Source of the DNA: a virus
Virus record (IMG/VR): IMGVR_UViG_3300005573_001166
Coordinates: 1-64,000 of that record
Direction: 5' to 3' (one strand)
DNA length: 64,000 bases
Shown here: piece by piece, positions 16,821 to 25,311 of the stretch
Numbering within the stretch: position 1 is the first letter of the stretch
Layout of the letters: each line of letters opens with the position of its first letter
Notes under the pieces: generated by a model
Told to the model about the DNA's origin: nothing
The model's input: the letters and a program-made list of their open reading frames with translations, nothing else
Databases searched by the model: none
Made by a program: the position numbers and the translations under genes

Positions 16821-17759
16821 ATGAAAGATATTTTTATAGATATAGTAGTTGTTTGTCAACGGTTAGGATTGGATTTAAAAAAAGCAGGAAGTAGGTATGT
16901 ATGTAGTTGCCCCTTACATGTAGATGCAAATCCTAGTTTTACAGTATACCCTGATACAAATAGTTTTTATTGTTTTAGCTGTCATATAGGTGGAACGCCT
17001 TTACATTTGGCAAAAGTTATAGATCCCAACATCGATTCGTGGGCAGCATTAGTAAGTTGGTACAATGCAACAGAGCCCGCCTTAGTTAGGCTCCCCCGAA
17101 AATATCCTCCCTCACTGCAAAAAATCAAAGAGTTATTAACCGACAATCCTGTAACGCTTCCTGAATCAGAACCTTCTAAAGATTCTTTCTTAAGCATGTT
17201 TGGTATTAGGTATGTGAAAAGGGGGCAGCTCGTGGGGAGGCATATTATACCTATATACTTTGATGGCGAGTTAATTGCATACGAAGCACGATGCTTTACG
17301 GGTCAACTCTCCCCCAAAACCCTTATCTTGCCTTCTGATGTGAAGATACATTCTTTTTTGTGGAATTACGACAATGTTTTACCTAGCCATCCTATTATTT
17401 TGGTTGAAGGTATAAAGGATGCTTTAGCTGTAATGTCGTTCGGCTATTATAATGTAGTCTCTAGTTTTGGCGCCCAGTTATCTAGAGAGCAAGCGTTATT
17501 ATTACTTTCCAAACAGCCTACGGAGGTAATCATAACATATGATGCAGATGGAGCAGGGGATAAGGGAGCGGAGGATGCGATTTCTTATTTGTTGTCTTGG
17601 GTGCATGTTTCCAGAGTTTACCTGCCTAGAGGCACTGATCCCTGGGATATAAACACTATAACCTGGCAACGGTGTTTTAGTAGTAGAAAAACTATTGACA
17701 ATAAAAGTTTTAGACAAGCATTCCTGGAAAAGTTTAGGCGTGAGGTTTTAGAGGAATAA
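16821..17759 (+). CDS. dnaG: DnaG-type primase (CHC2 zinc finger plus TOPRIM)
   Basis: CPLH...PSF...YCFSC, LVEGIKDA and YDADGAG. Confidence 0.93.
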   Translation: MKDIFIDIVVVCQRLGLDLKKAGSRYVCSCPLHVDANPSFTVYPDTNSFYCFSCHIGGTPLHLAKVIDPNIDSWAALVSWYNATEPALVRLPRKYPPSLQKIKELLTDNPVTLPESEPSKDSFLSMFGIRYVKRGQLVGRHIIPIYFDGELIAYEARCFTGQLSPKTLILPSDVKIHSFLWNYDNVLPSHPIILVEGIKDALAVMSFGYYNVVSSFGAQLSREQALLLLSKQPTEVIITYDADGAGDKGAEDAISYLLSWVHVSRVYLPRGTDPWDINTITWQRCFSSRKTIDNKSFRQAFLEKFRREVLEE

Positions 17760-17791
17760 TTTTGTTAAAGAATAAGAGGGAGGGAGTTAAG

Positions 17792-18550
17792 ATGTTTTGT
17801 ACAGTAACAAGTACTACCATTGAAAAGTCTAAGAGTCTTACCTCGGAGGAGCTACAGGAGAAGACAGATTTATTTGAAACCTTACTACCCAAGCTGATGA
17901 AATATATTCAGAAACAGGCTTCCTCTCGGGCATCAAAGGGATTAGACGCTATTTTAGATGAAGATGATTACGTTTCTTTAGGGTTGGCTCAGTTGTGGGC
18001 TGCCGTACTTGATTACGATGTACAGAAAGGCGATTTAGAGGGGTGGGCAAAACGCCGTATTTGGACTAATATGTCTGTCTTACTTAGCAACAGTTTCCAT
18101 CAGAAGCGGGTACCTAGAGTAAAGGTAGGGGACGAAATTATATTATCTCCGGCTGTCTCTATAGAAGCTGCCGGATTATTGGATATAAAAGCGGTTGAGG
18201 AACCGGAGTGTATTTGTGATTTAATGCAGCAGGAGATTTACGGTTTTCTAGTTACTAGGTTGAAGTCTTTTAGGGACCGAGTTGCTTTAGCGGTTTTAAG
18301 GCTTTGTTTGGAGCCGGATGACGAGCTGTTGGGTTTATGTAAAAGTAGAAAAGATGTTAAGCTTACAAATAAAAGTATTGCAGCTAGGTTGGGGGTTGCA
18401 GTATCTAGAGTAGCTAAAGCAAAAAAGTTGATATACCTTTTTATACATAATTATGAAAGATGTAGTGGGTGTAAATATTTCAAGAAATGCATACTTAATA
18501 CAGCATGTAGTGAGGTGTTAAAATGCGATATTTATCGACAAATGAAGTAA
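17792..18550 (+). CDS. phage sigma-70 family RNA polymerase sigma factor
   Basis: Region 2-like EDDYVSLGLAQLWAAVLDYDVQKG...WAKRRI; region 4 HTH TNKSIAARLGVAVSRV; Cys-rich tail. Confidence 0.75.
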   Translation: MFCTVTSTTIEKSKSLTSEELQEKTDLFETLLPKLMKYIQKQASSRASKGLDAILDEDDYVSLGLAQLWAAVLDYDVQKGDLEGWAKRRIWTNMSVLLSNSFHQKRVPRVKVGDEIILSPAVSIEAAGLLDIKAVEEPECICDLMQQEIYGFLVTRLKSFRDRVALAVLRLCLEPDDELLGLCKSRKDVKLTNKSIAARLGVAVSRVAKAKKLIYLFIHNYERCSGCKYFKKCILNTACSEVLKCDIYRQMK

Positions 18551-19140
18551 GTGATATACTAAATATTAGCGGTAATCAGGTAAGGTATTTAATTAGGAAT
18601 GGTAGATTAGTAGCTTCAAAGGAGCTGGGTAAAGAGTTTCAGGTGCATACTGTAGATGCTGCTAGATTTAAAGTGCTGAATGATATGTATATTAGACAAG
18701 ATCCCGGCGAACCGGATATTGTTTGGATTTTTGAGGCAAGTAAATATTTGGTGGATTTGGTAAAAAAGAGCTCCTTTGTACCCCATCAGTTAGTAGCTGT
18801 TGCTATGGGGGGGCTTGTACCGGCTGCTATAGTTGCCTCTTTGTTGAGGATTCCTATGTATGTAATAGAACTTTCGCATTACGAAGGGAGGGAAAGAAAA
18901 GAGGAAATTACTGTTACGTATAAACCTTCAGATATAAAAGATGTGCCTACATTAGTAGTAGATGATATAGTAGACACAGGAGAAACTTTGAAGGCAGTAG
19001 TAAATGAGTTAGTGGAAGTAGGTGTTAGTACTGATAATATTAAAGTAGGCGTTTTGCATAAAAAGCCGGGGGCGTGTTTTGAGCCTGACTGGTATGTTTA
19101 TTTGACCAAGGATTGGGTTGTATATCCTTGGGAAAGGTAG
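18523..19140 (+). CDS. HTH_17 (excisionase-like) domain fused to a Gpt-like type I phosphoribosyltransferase
   Basis: YLSTNEVSDILNIS...VRYLIRNGRL; VAMGGLVPA, VVDDIVDTGETL and WVVYPWE. Confidence 0.85.
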   Translation: MRYLSTNEVSDILNISGNQVRYLIRNGRLVASKELGKEFQVHTVDAARFKVLNDMYIRQDPGEPDIVWIFEASKYLVDLVKKSSFVPHQLVAVAMGGLVPAAIVASLLRIPMYVIELSHYEGRERKEEITVTYKPSDIKDVPTLVVDDIVDTGETLKAVVNELVEVGVSTDNIKVGVLHKKPGACFEPDWYVYLTKDWVVYPWER

Positions 19141-19152
19141 GAGGAGGTTAAT

Positions 19153-19959
19153 ATGGGAGACTGTTTTGGTAAACTATATGACCCAGATGCTTTAGAATGT
19201 CAACCTGAAAATTGCGATGCATGGAAGGAGTGTAAAGAAACTATGTTGAAAATAGAGGATAGAAAATTGCCTTGTTTCGGAAAGCCGGCTCCTGAGGGAT
19301 ATGAGCCTGGTAATCCAGCGTGCGAAAACGTTTGCAAGAGGAGGGATGCTTGTATAGAAGCTCAGAAGGCTGCTACTGCAGTAAAGCCTTCAGCTGCTAT
19401 ACCAGATACTTCTACTGAATATGATTTAAAGGTAGATGCTCGGGTTTATGCAAAAGAGCCACGAGCTTCTAGGGATGTTGTTGGGACTGCAAAAGAGGAA
19501 CCGGTTGTAGAAGAGAAAGTTACAGAAATCACAGAACCGGTTGTAGAAGAGAAAGTTACAGAAATCACAGAACCGGTTGTAGAAGAGAAAGTCACAGAAA
19601 TCACAGAACCGGTTGTAGAAGAGAAAGTCACAGAAATCACAGAACCGGTTATAGAAGAGAAAGTCACAGAAATCACAGAACCGGTTGTAGAAGAGAAAGT
19701 CACAGAACCAGATACAGGACAAAGCCAACTTGGTAAACCTACTAAAAAGGCGACAGTTAGGGAGGCTATAGCCTATTTAAAGAAGTTTACTAAGGAAGAT
19801 TTGGTTCAAGTACTTATAGACAAAGGACTGATAGAAGACACGGAGGCGGATAGAAGTAAGAACAGGGCTCTTATAGGTCAGTGGCTGTCAGAATTTAAGA
19901 GGACAAAGGAGTTCCCGTTAACTAAAATACCCAACTCTGATTACTTTACAATTCTTTAA
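19153..19959 (+). CDS. hypothetical protein: two CFG..Y.P..C..C..C modules, acidic repeat linker, basic helical C-terminal domain
   Basis: Motifs read from the translation; strong SD. Confidence 0.75.
   Translation: MGDCFGKLYDPDALECQPENCDAWKECKETMLKIEDRKLPCFGKPAPEGYEPGNPACENVCKRRDACIEAQKAATAVKPSAAIPDTSTEYDLKVDARVYAKEPRASRDVVGTAKEEPVVEEKVTEITEPVVEEKVTEITEPVVEEKVTEITEPVVEEKVTEITEPVIEEKVTEITEPVVEEKVTEPDTGQSQLGKPTKKATVREAIAYLKKFTKEDLVQVLIDKGLIEDTEADRSKNRALIGQWLSEFKRTKEFPLTKIPNSDYFTIL
19498..19709 (+). repeat. 36-bp in-frame tandem repeat (EPVVEEKVTEIT), nearly 6 copies
   Basis: GAACCGGTTGTAGAAGAGAAAGT(T/C)ACAGAAATCACA units without spacers. Confidence 0.95.
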
Positions 19960-19976
19960 GAATTAGGAGGTAGAAA

Positions 19977-20684
19977 ATGCCCGTATGTGACAGATGTGGA
20001 TGTGAAACATCTACAATCTTTAAAGTAGGAGATGTTGTTTACAATTTATGCCCATCTTGTGCAGCAATATTGGATCGAAACATGTCTGCTTTTATGAGTC
20101 AGTTTGCAGCAAACAGTACTATAGTAAAGGGGGCAGCTCTTATATTAGAGGGGCTAAAGGAGCTGTATGGTTTAGAGACTACAGAAGATATGAAAAGTAC
20201 TCCGTATAGAGTAGCTAGAATGTTTGCAGAGTTATGTTCAGGTTTAAAAGATGATCCTGCAAACATTCTTTCTGTCACATATCCTGCCCCCTCTCCCCCT
20301 AATCTAATCGTCTCTAAAAACATAGATTTTGTATCTCTTTGTCGCCACCATTTAGCTATTATACTAGGTCAGGTCCATATAGGGTACCTGCCTAAAAGTA
20401 AAATAGTAGGTTTGTCGAAGTTGGCTAGATTGGTAGACTGTTTTGCTAAAAGGCCTCAGATACAAGAGGAGATGACTAATCAGATAGCAGATGCTATAGT
20501 TGATTATTTAGATCCGGCAGGTGTCATTGTTTTCGTTTCTGCTCAACACGGTTGCATGTCTCATAGAGGCGTACTAAAGCAGGGGGCAGTAACGGAGACA
20601 TCTGCAGTTAGAGGAGTATTTTTACATAATACTGCGGGTTGTAAAGATGAGTTTTTTGCTATGATTGGAGGTTACAATGGATAA
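19977..20684 (+). CDS. folE: GTP cyclohydrolase I with N-terminal CxxC...CxxC extension
   Basis: TPYRVA, SLCRHH, GLSKLAR, RPQIQE and HGCMSHRG. Confidence 0.95.
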   Translation: MPVCDRCGCETSTIFKVGDVVYNLCPSCAAILDRNMSAFMSQFAANSTIVKGAALILEGLKELYGLETTEDMKSTPYRVARMFAELCSGLKDDPANILSVTYPAPSPPNLIVSKNIDFVSLCRHHLAIILGQVHIGYLPKSKIVGLSKLARLVDCFAKRPQIQEEMTNQIADAIVDYLDPAGVIVFVSAQHGCMSHRGVLKQGAVTETSAVRGVFLHNTAGCKDEFFAMIGGYNG

Positions 20685-21018
20685 AATTAGAAGGCCGACA
20701 GCAGCTGATTACATAAACACCAGTATACTGCTTCATGATGTCCCTACTTACGATGAGTTTATGGAAGATTTAAAGAAGCAGTGGCAGGATCAGTTTACAG
20801 AGGCAGAGAGATTGGGAGTTAACGGTAACGCTCCTATCTCTTTTTACTACTACATAAACTTAAGTATGGAGACTATTAAAAAGCAGATAGAAGAGGTTAT
20901 ACCTCAGAAATATAAGGAGGGGACTCTTTCAGCTGAAGATGCTGCTGCCAGTACAGAGCTGCTGACTATTTTACTAAGTTATGAGGAAAGGGCATTAAGG
21001 GAGAAGAATTTCTTCTAG
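20677..21018 (+). CDS. hypothetical protein
   Basis: ATG 20677 after GGAGG. Confidence 0.65.
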   Translation: MDKIRRPTAADYINTSILLHDVPTYDEFMEDLKKQWQDQFTEAERLGVNGNAPISFYYYINLSMETIKKQIEEVIPQKYKEGTLSAEDAAASTELLTILLSYEERALREKNFF

Positions 21019-21031
21019 AAGGAGAAATACT

Positions 21032-21844
21032 GTGAAAATTGCACATGTAGTACCTGCAAGTAATTTAGATTTAAGTTTTGCAGGGGACTTTTATTTCTGT
21101 TTGGCACATTTAGCTTTACAGGATCCAGAGTACAAGAAATTTTTTATTGACAGAGTAAAAGAGGGTAGGGAGGTATATCTAGATAACGGGGTTTGGGAGA
21201 CGGGTACTCCTATAGAAGAGACATCCATGATTGAGTTAGCTATAGAGATGCAACCTGCTTATGTTTACGCTCCTGATTATATGAACGACTTTCAGTCTAC
21301 TGTTGAAGCTACTATATCGTTCGGTGATAGGGCTTCTAATACTAGAGGATTCAATTCTAAGATTATCGGTGTTATGCAAGGTAATACGATGCAGGAATGG
21401 ATAAAGTGTGCTTTAGTACTGAGTAAGCTGCCTGAGAATATATGTCATACTATTGCTGTTAACACTTTGTTTTTGCAAGATGCATATGAGTATGAGATAG
21501 AGGAGGGGGCTAGGCGGTCTAAAACAAGGTTAGAGGTTTTGATGTATATAGAAAGGCATATACATAGCTTTAAGAAGCAAATTTATTGTACCGGGTTTGG
21601 AGCTCCTGTAGATGCAGAAGAGTTACCTAAGTTTACCTGGATATCTGGAGTTGATACTGCAATAGCATGTGCATTAGCTGCGGAGAATACTGTTATCACC
21701 CCTAATAACTATAAAAGTATTAAACCTAAAAGCAAGATAGATACTATTACGTTAACAGAAGAGCAGATTTCTTTTGCTAAGTATAATATCCGGGTTCTTA
21801 ACGCTTTTACAAAGGGGCGAAATCCCTTTAAGGAGGTTGTGTAA
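21032..21844 (+). CDS. TGT-fold 7-deazaguanine transglycosylase, DpdA-like
   Basis: Ordered TGT-type motifs LDNGVWE, APD, VMQG, YCTGF and SGVDT; located near folE. Confidence 0.7.
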   Translation: MKIAHVVPASNLDLSFAGDFYFCLAHLALQDPEYKKFFIDRVKEGREVYLDNGVWETGTPIEETSMIELAIEMQPAYVYAPDYMNDFQSTVEATISFGDRASNTRGFNSKIIGVMQGNTMQEWIKCALVLSKLPENICHTIAVNTLFLQDAYEYEIEEGARRSKTRLEVLMYIERHIHSFKKQIYCTGFGAPVDAEELPKFTWISGVDTAIACALAAENTVITPNNYKSIKPKSKIDTITLTEEQISFAKYNIRVLNAFTKGRNPFKEVV

Positions 21845-22407
21845 TGTATGTTTTATTTGAGGGATTTGATAGAGCAGGCAAATCATCTACAATAGATTTT
21901 TTGAAAAACAAATTTAAGCCCTCTGTAGTTCTTCATTCTGATACTCTTTTAGGTATATCCCTACCCTCTTTAAGGGATAAAGTATCCCCTGAAGTTCTTT
22001 ATATGCTCTTTTGGCAGGCTATTAGGGAGACAGATCTTAAGGTTGAGGAATGCTTAAATAACCGAGTAAATGTGTTAGTAGACAGAGGATTTATGTCTAA
22101 TATAGCATATAGTTTTCATATAGACAGTAGCTTTAAAACTACTATGGATGACATTTACTTGCATAAATGTATTAAACCTGATCTTATTTTATATTTTTCT
22201 GTGTCGTATAATGCTTTCTTACACCGGGCAAAAGAGGAGCGAGTAGATTTGTCGTTTTACAGTAATGTAGTAGATGGGTATAACCACTTAATTTCCAAGT
22301 TAAAGGGTTTAGGGTATACTATTTACGAGATAGATGGCGACAAGCTCTTGTCCCAAGTATATGAAGATGCTTTTCTTGCAATAGAAAAATATAGGAGGAC
22401 ATTATGA
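21844..22407 (+). CDS. thymidylate kinase-like nucleoside monophosphate kinase
   Basis: FEGFDRAGKSS, VDRGFMSNIAY and KPDLILY. Confidence 0.85.
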   Translation: MYVLFEGFDRAGKSSTIDFLKNKFKPSVVLHSDTLLGISLPSLRDKVSPEVLYMLFWQAIRETDLKVEECLNNRVNVLVDRGFMSNIAYSFHIDSSFKTTMDDIYLHKCIKPDLILYFSVSYNAFLHRAKEERVDLSFYSNVVDGYNHLISKLKGLGYTIYEIDGDKLLSQVYEDAFLAIEKYRRTL

Positions 22408-22838
22408 GCGATTTTATTGTAGATTCCGAAGTTGAAGATATCGCGAGGCGTCTAGTTCTAAGATTTCCCGATATTCTATCCCACATTGATGTAGATAGGA
22501 TACTTTGTGTAAGGGAGATTAGCAGAAGCCAAAAGAATCAGTTAGGTGCTTGCAGACCTGTTAAACCCCCTTTTAACTTATTAAATCCTAACATTATCTA
22601 TATAATAGTTATTTATTACAAAGCTAAGTGGGATGATTTGCTTATAGGTCAAAAGCAACTACTTGTGCTACATCAACTACTGCATATCCATCCCGAGTTT
22701 GATGGTAGTACAGTACCTCACGATGCTAGTGATTGGTCTTTTATTTTGGATACCTTTGGCAGTAATTATATGGAGAGGAATGACGTTCCCAATTTGCTGT
22801 CTAATAGGGAACAGGAGGACAGCGGTGGACAAGCTTGA
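22404..22838 (+). CDS. phage metallopeptidase-like protein (HQLLH variant)
   Basis: W..L...Q..LLVLHQLLHI...PHD pattern; HEXXH Glu replaced by Gln. Confidence 0.65.
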   Translation: MSDFIVDSEVEDIARRLVLRFPDILSHIDVDRILCVREISRSQKNQLGACRPVKPPFNLLNPNIIYIIVIYYKAKWDDLLIGQKQLLVLHQLLHIHPEFDGSTVPHDASDWSFILDTFGSNYMERNDVPNLLSNREQEDSGGQA

Positions 22839-25290
22839 GGAGCTCGATTCGGAGGAAAATGTAGAGCAATGGTTGAAAGATGTAGATTTTACATGCTGCA
22901 CTAAATGCTCTATCAGCTCTGAGAGGCCTTTAAGGTATTATGTATCTCCTAAAGGGCGGTTAGATGCTCCTATTGTATTAGTAGGAGAAGCACCTGGAGC
23001 ACAGGAAGAGGATTTAGGGGAAGTGTTTGTAGGGCCTGCAGGAAAGAGGTTACAGGAATCTTTGCAAAGAGCTGGAGTAGATTTAGATCTTTTGTATATA
23101 ACTAATACCGTTAAATGCAGGCCTCTCGCTAACAGGTCTCCTATTGCAGAGGAGTGTAGAATTTGCAGAAGTCTTTTTTTAGAGAAGGAGATTAAAGCTT
23201 ATCCTCGGAAACTTTTGGTAGGTATTGGAAATATAGGTTATTACGGGATTGTACCTAAAGGAGTACCCAGTGGGATAACATCCCGTACCGGCCTTTTTGA
23301 ATATAATGAGGAGTTCAGTTGCTATGTTCTCCCTTGTATCCACCCGGCTGCTGTTTTGCGGACTCCCAGTTATCAATCCCTCTTAGACGATGTCGCCGAT
23401 AAGATATCTCGGTTTATAAGGGAGGGGTATACAGTTCCAGCTAAGACAAGTGTCTTTTACAAAGAGATCAGAGATCTTGCATCTTTTAAGGAGTTTATTT
23501 CGGAAGTAAAAGAAGTAAAGAGGTTTGTGGTAGATATAGAGACAGAGGGCTTTAATTATTTTAAAGATCATATAATTTGTATCGGCTTTTCTACAGCTCC
23601 TTATACAGCTTACTATCTTCCTATATTAGAAGAGGATGATTTGGCGTGGTCTAAGAATGAGTGGTGTCTAATACAGGAGGGTTTAAGGGAGATATTTGAA
23701 GATGCTTCTATTCAGAAGATAGGCCACAATTTAAAATTTGACCTGAAGTTTCTTGTGCATAAATTTGGTTGGGATGTAAAAGGGCTTTTGGACGATACCA
23801 TGCTGATGCATTTCATGCTAGACGAGAATACATCTCATGGTTTAAAAGAACTTGCAGCTAGATTTACAGATATGGGGAACTATGCTGCTCCGTTAGAAGA
23901 GGCATTTACGCAGATAAAGAGGTCTAGGATACCTGTGGAAGAGAAGCATTACGGCAAAATACCAGTCGATATACTTAAGCATTATGCTTCTGCAGATGTA
24001 GATGCAACTTTCAGATTATATGAACTCTTCAAAAAGCAGCTGGTGGAGCAAGACTTATACCGTGTATATAGATTCCTTTGTATGTCGGTAATGCCTGTAT
24101 TGATGCATATGGAGCTGACAGGTGTCAGGGTAGATGTATCTAAGATAGCTTCATTGAAGGAAGATTTCGAGTATCAGTTAGAAGAGTTGCAAAAAAAGAT
24201 AAACAGTTATACAGCCGAGTCTATCAATATTAGATCTGCCGCCCAACTACGTAAACTTCTTTATGAGGACTTAAATCTTCCGGTATTGGGGCGTACAGAT
24301 AAGGGGGAAGCTAGTACGGATGAGGAGACTTTAAGGCAGTTACAAGAGAAGACAGGTCATCCAGTTGTAACCGATTTATTAGAATTTAGGCGTATATCTA
24401 AACTCTATACTACTTATATCCAAGGGCTAAGTAATTATATAGCTCCAGATGGCCGTATACATACAAGTTATATGCAACATGGTACAGCAACAGGCCGCCT
24501 AGCTTCTTCCGAACCAAACTTACAACAAATTCCTAGGGAGTCTGCTATCAGGCAGTTATTTGTTGCTACAGAGGGATGGTATTTTATAACAAGCGACTTT
24601 AAACAGTCTGAGTTAAGAGCATGGTGCGCTTGTAGTAAAGATGAGAAGTTTTTAGAGGCATTAATATCTACAGACGTACATAATACTATCGGATCTCAGT
24701 TGTTAGGTAAGCCTCCCGATCAGATAACTTCTGATGAGCGTACTAAAGTAAAGATGGCAGTATTTGGCATAGCATATGGGAGGGGTGCTAACAGTTTAGC
24801 AGCAGAGTGGAACATGTCTAAGCAAGCTGCTCAAGAGTTTATTGATAAATTTTTTATGCAATATCCTAAAGCTGCTCAATGGCTATTAGAGCAAGAGCGT
24901 ATAGCTCAAGAGCAAGGGTTTGTAAAGAGCATGTTTGGTAGAGTAAGGAGGTTACCTACTGTAAAGAGCGAGGATGAGGGGGTAAGGGCTCAAGCGCTTA
25001 GGCAAGCAAGAAACAGTTGTATCCAAAGTCTAAGTTCTGATATTACTAACCTCGCTTTAGTAAGGTTACATAATACGTTTAAACAAAAGGGAATGAAGTC
25101 TAGGATCTTATTGCAAGTGCATGATGCTATTTGCATAGAATCGCCCCCAGAAGAAGTAAAACAAGCTGTAGCTATTTTAAAAGAGTGCATGACAGCTCAG
25201 CCCCACAGAGATTATGATGTCCCTTTAATGGTTGATATTAAGGTATCTACTTGTTGGGGGGGCGAGGAGATACCTATAGACAGCCTTTAG
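22825..25290 (+). CDS. polA: family A DNA polymerase with N-terminal family-4 uracil-DNA glycosylase and 3'-5' exonuclease
   Basis: UDG: CTKC, GEAPG, FVGPAG, KCRP, HPAA. Exo: DIET, HNLKFD, YASAD. Pol: DFKQSELR, RTKVKMAVFGIAYG, QVHD. Start at GTG 22825 after AGGAGG. Confidence 0.95.
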   Translation: MDKLEELDSEENVEQWLKDVDFTCCTKCSISSERPLRYYVSPKGRLDAPIVLVGEAPGAQEEDLGEVFVGPAGKRLQESLQRAGVDLDLLYITNTVKCRPLANRSPIAEECRICRSLFLEKEIKAYPRKLLVGIGNIGYYGIVPKGVPSGITSRTGLFEYNEEFSCYVLPCIHPAAVLRTPSYQSLLDDVADKISRFIREGYTVPAKTSVFYKEIRDLASFKEFISEVKEVKRFVVDIETEGFNYFKDHIICIGFSTAPYTAYYLPILEEDDLAWSKNEWCLIQEGLREIFEDASIQKIGHNLKFDLKFLVHKFGWDVKGLLDDTMLMHFMLDENTSHGLKELAARFTDMGNYAAPLEEAFTQIKRSRIPVEEKHYGKIPVDILKHYASADVDATFRLYELFKKQLVEQDLYRVYRFLCMSVMPVLMHMELTGVRVDVSKIASLKEDFEYQLEELQKKINSYTAESINIRSAAQLRKLLYEDLNLPVLGRTDKGEASTDEETLRQLQEKTGHPVVTDLLEFRRISKLYTTYIQGLSNYIAPDGRIHTSYMQHGTATGRLASSEPNLQQIPRESAIRQLFVATEGWYFITSDFKQSELRAWCACSKDEKFLEALISTDVHNTIGSQLLGKPPDQITSDERTKVKMAVFGIAYGRGANSLAAEWNMSKQAAQEFIDKFFMQYPKAAQWLLEQERIAQEQGFVKSMFGRVRRLPTVKSEDEGVRAQALRQARNSCIQSLSSDITNLALVRLHNTFKQKGMKSRILLQVHDAICIESPPEEVKQAVAILKECMTAQPHRDYDVPLMVDIKVSTCWGGEEIPIDSL

Positions 25291-25311
25291 AAAAGAGATA
25301 GGAGGTAAATA

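Noticed and set aside
19498-19709. 36-bp repeats of CRISPR-like length
   Set aside because: Head-to-tail without spacers and in frame within a CDS.
19426-19728. Minus-strand repetitive ORFs (FCDFCDFLFYNR; also 55787-56074 and 60978-61277)
   Set aside because: Antisense shadows of coding tandem repeats with no SD.
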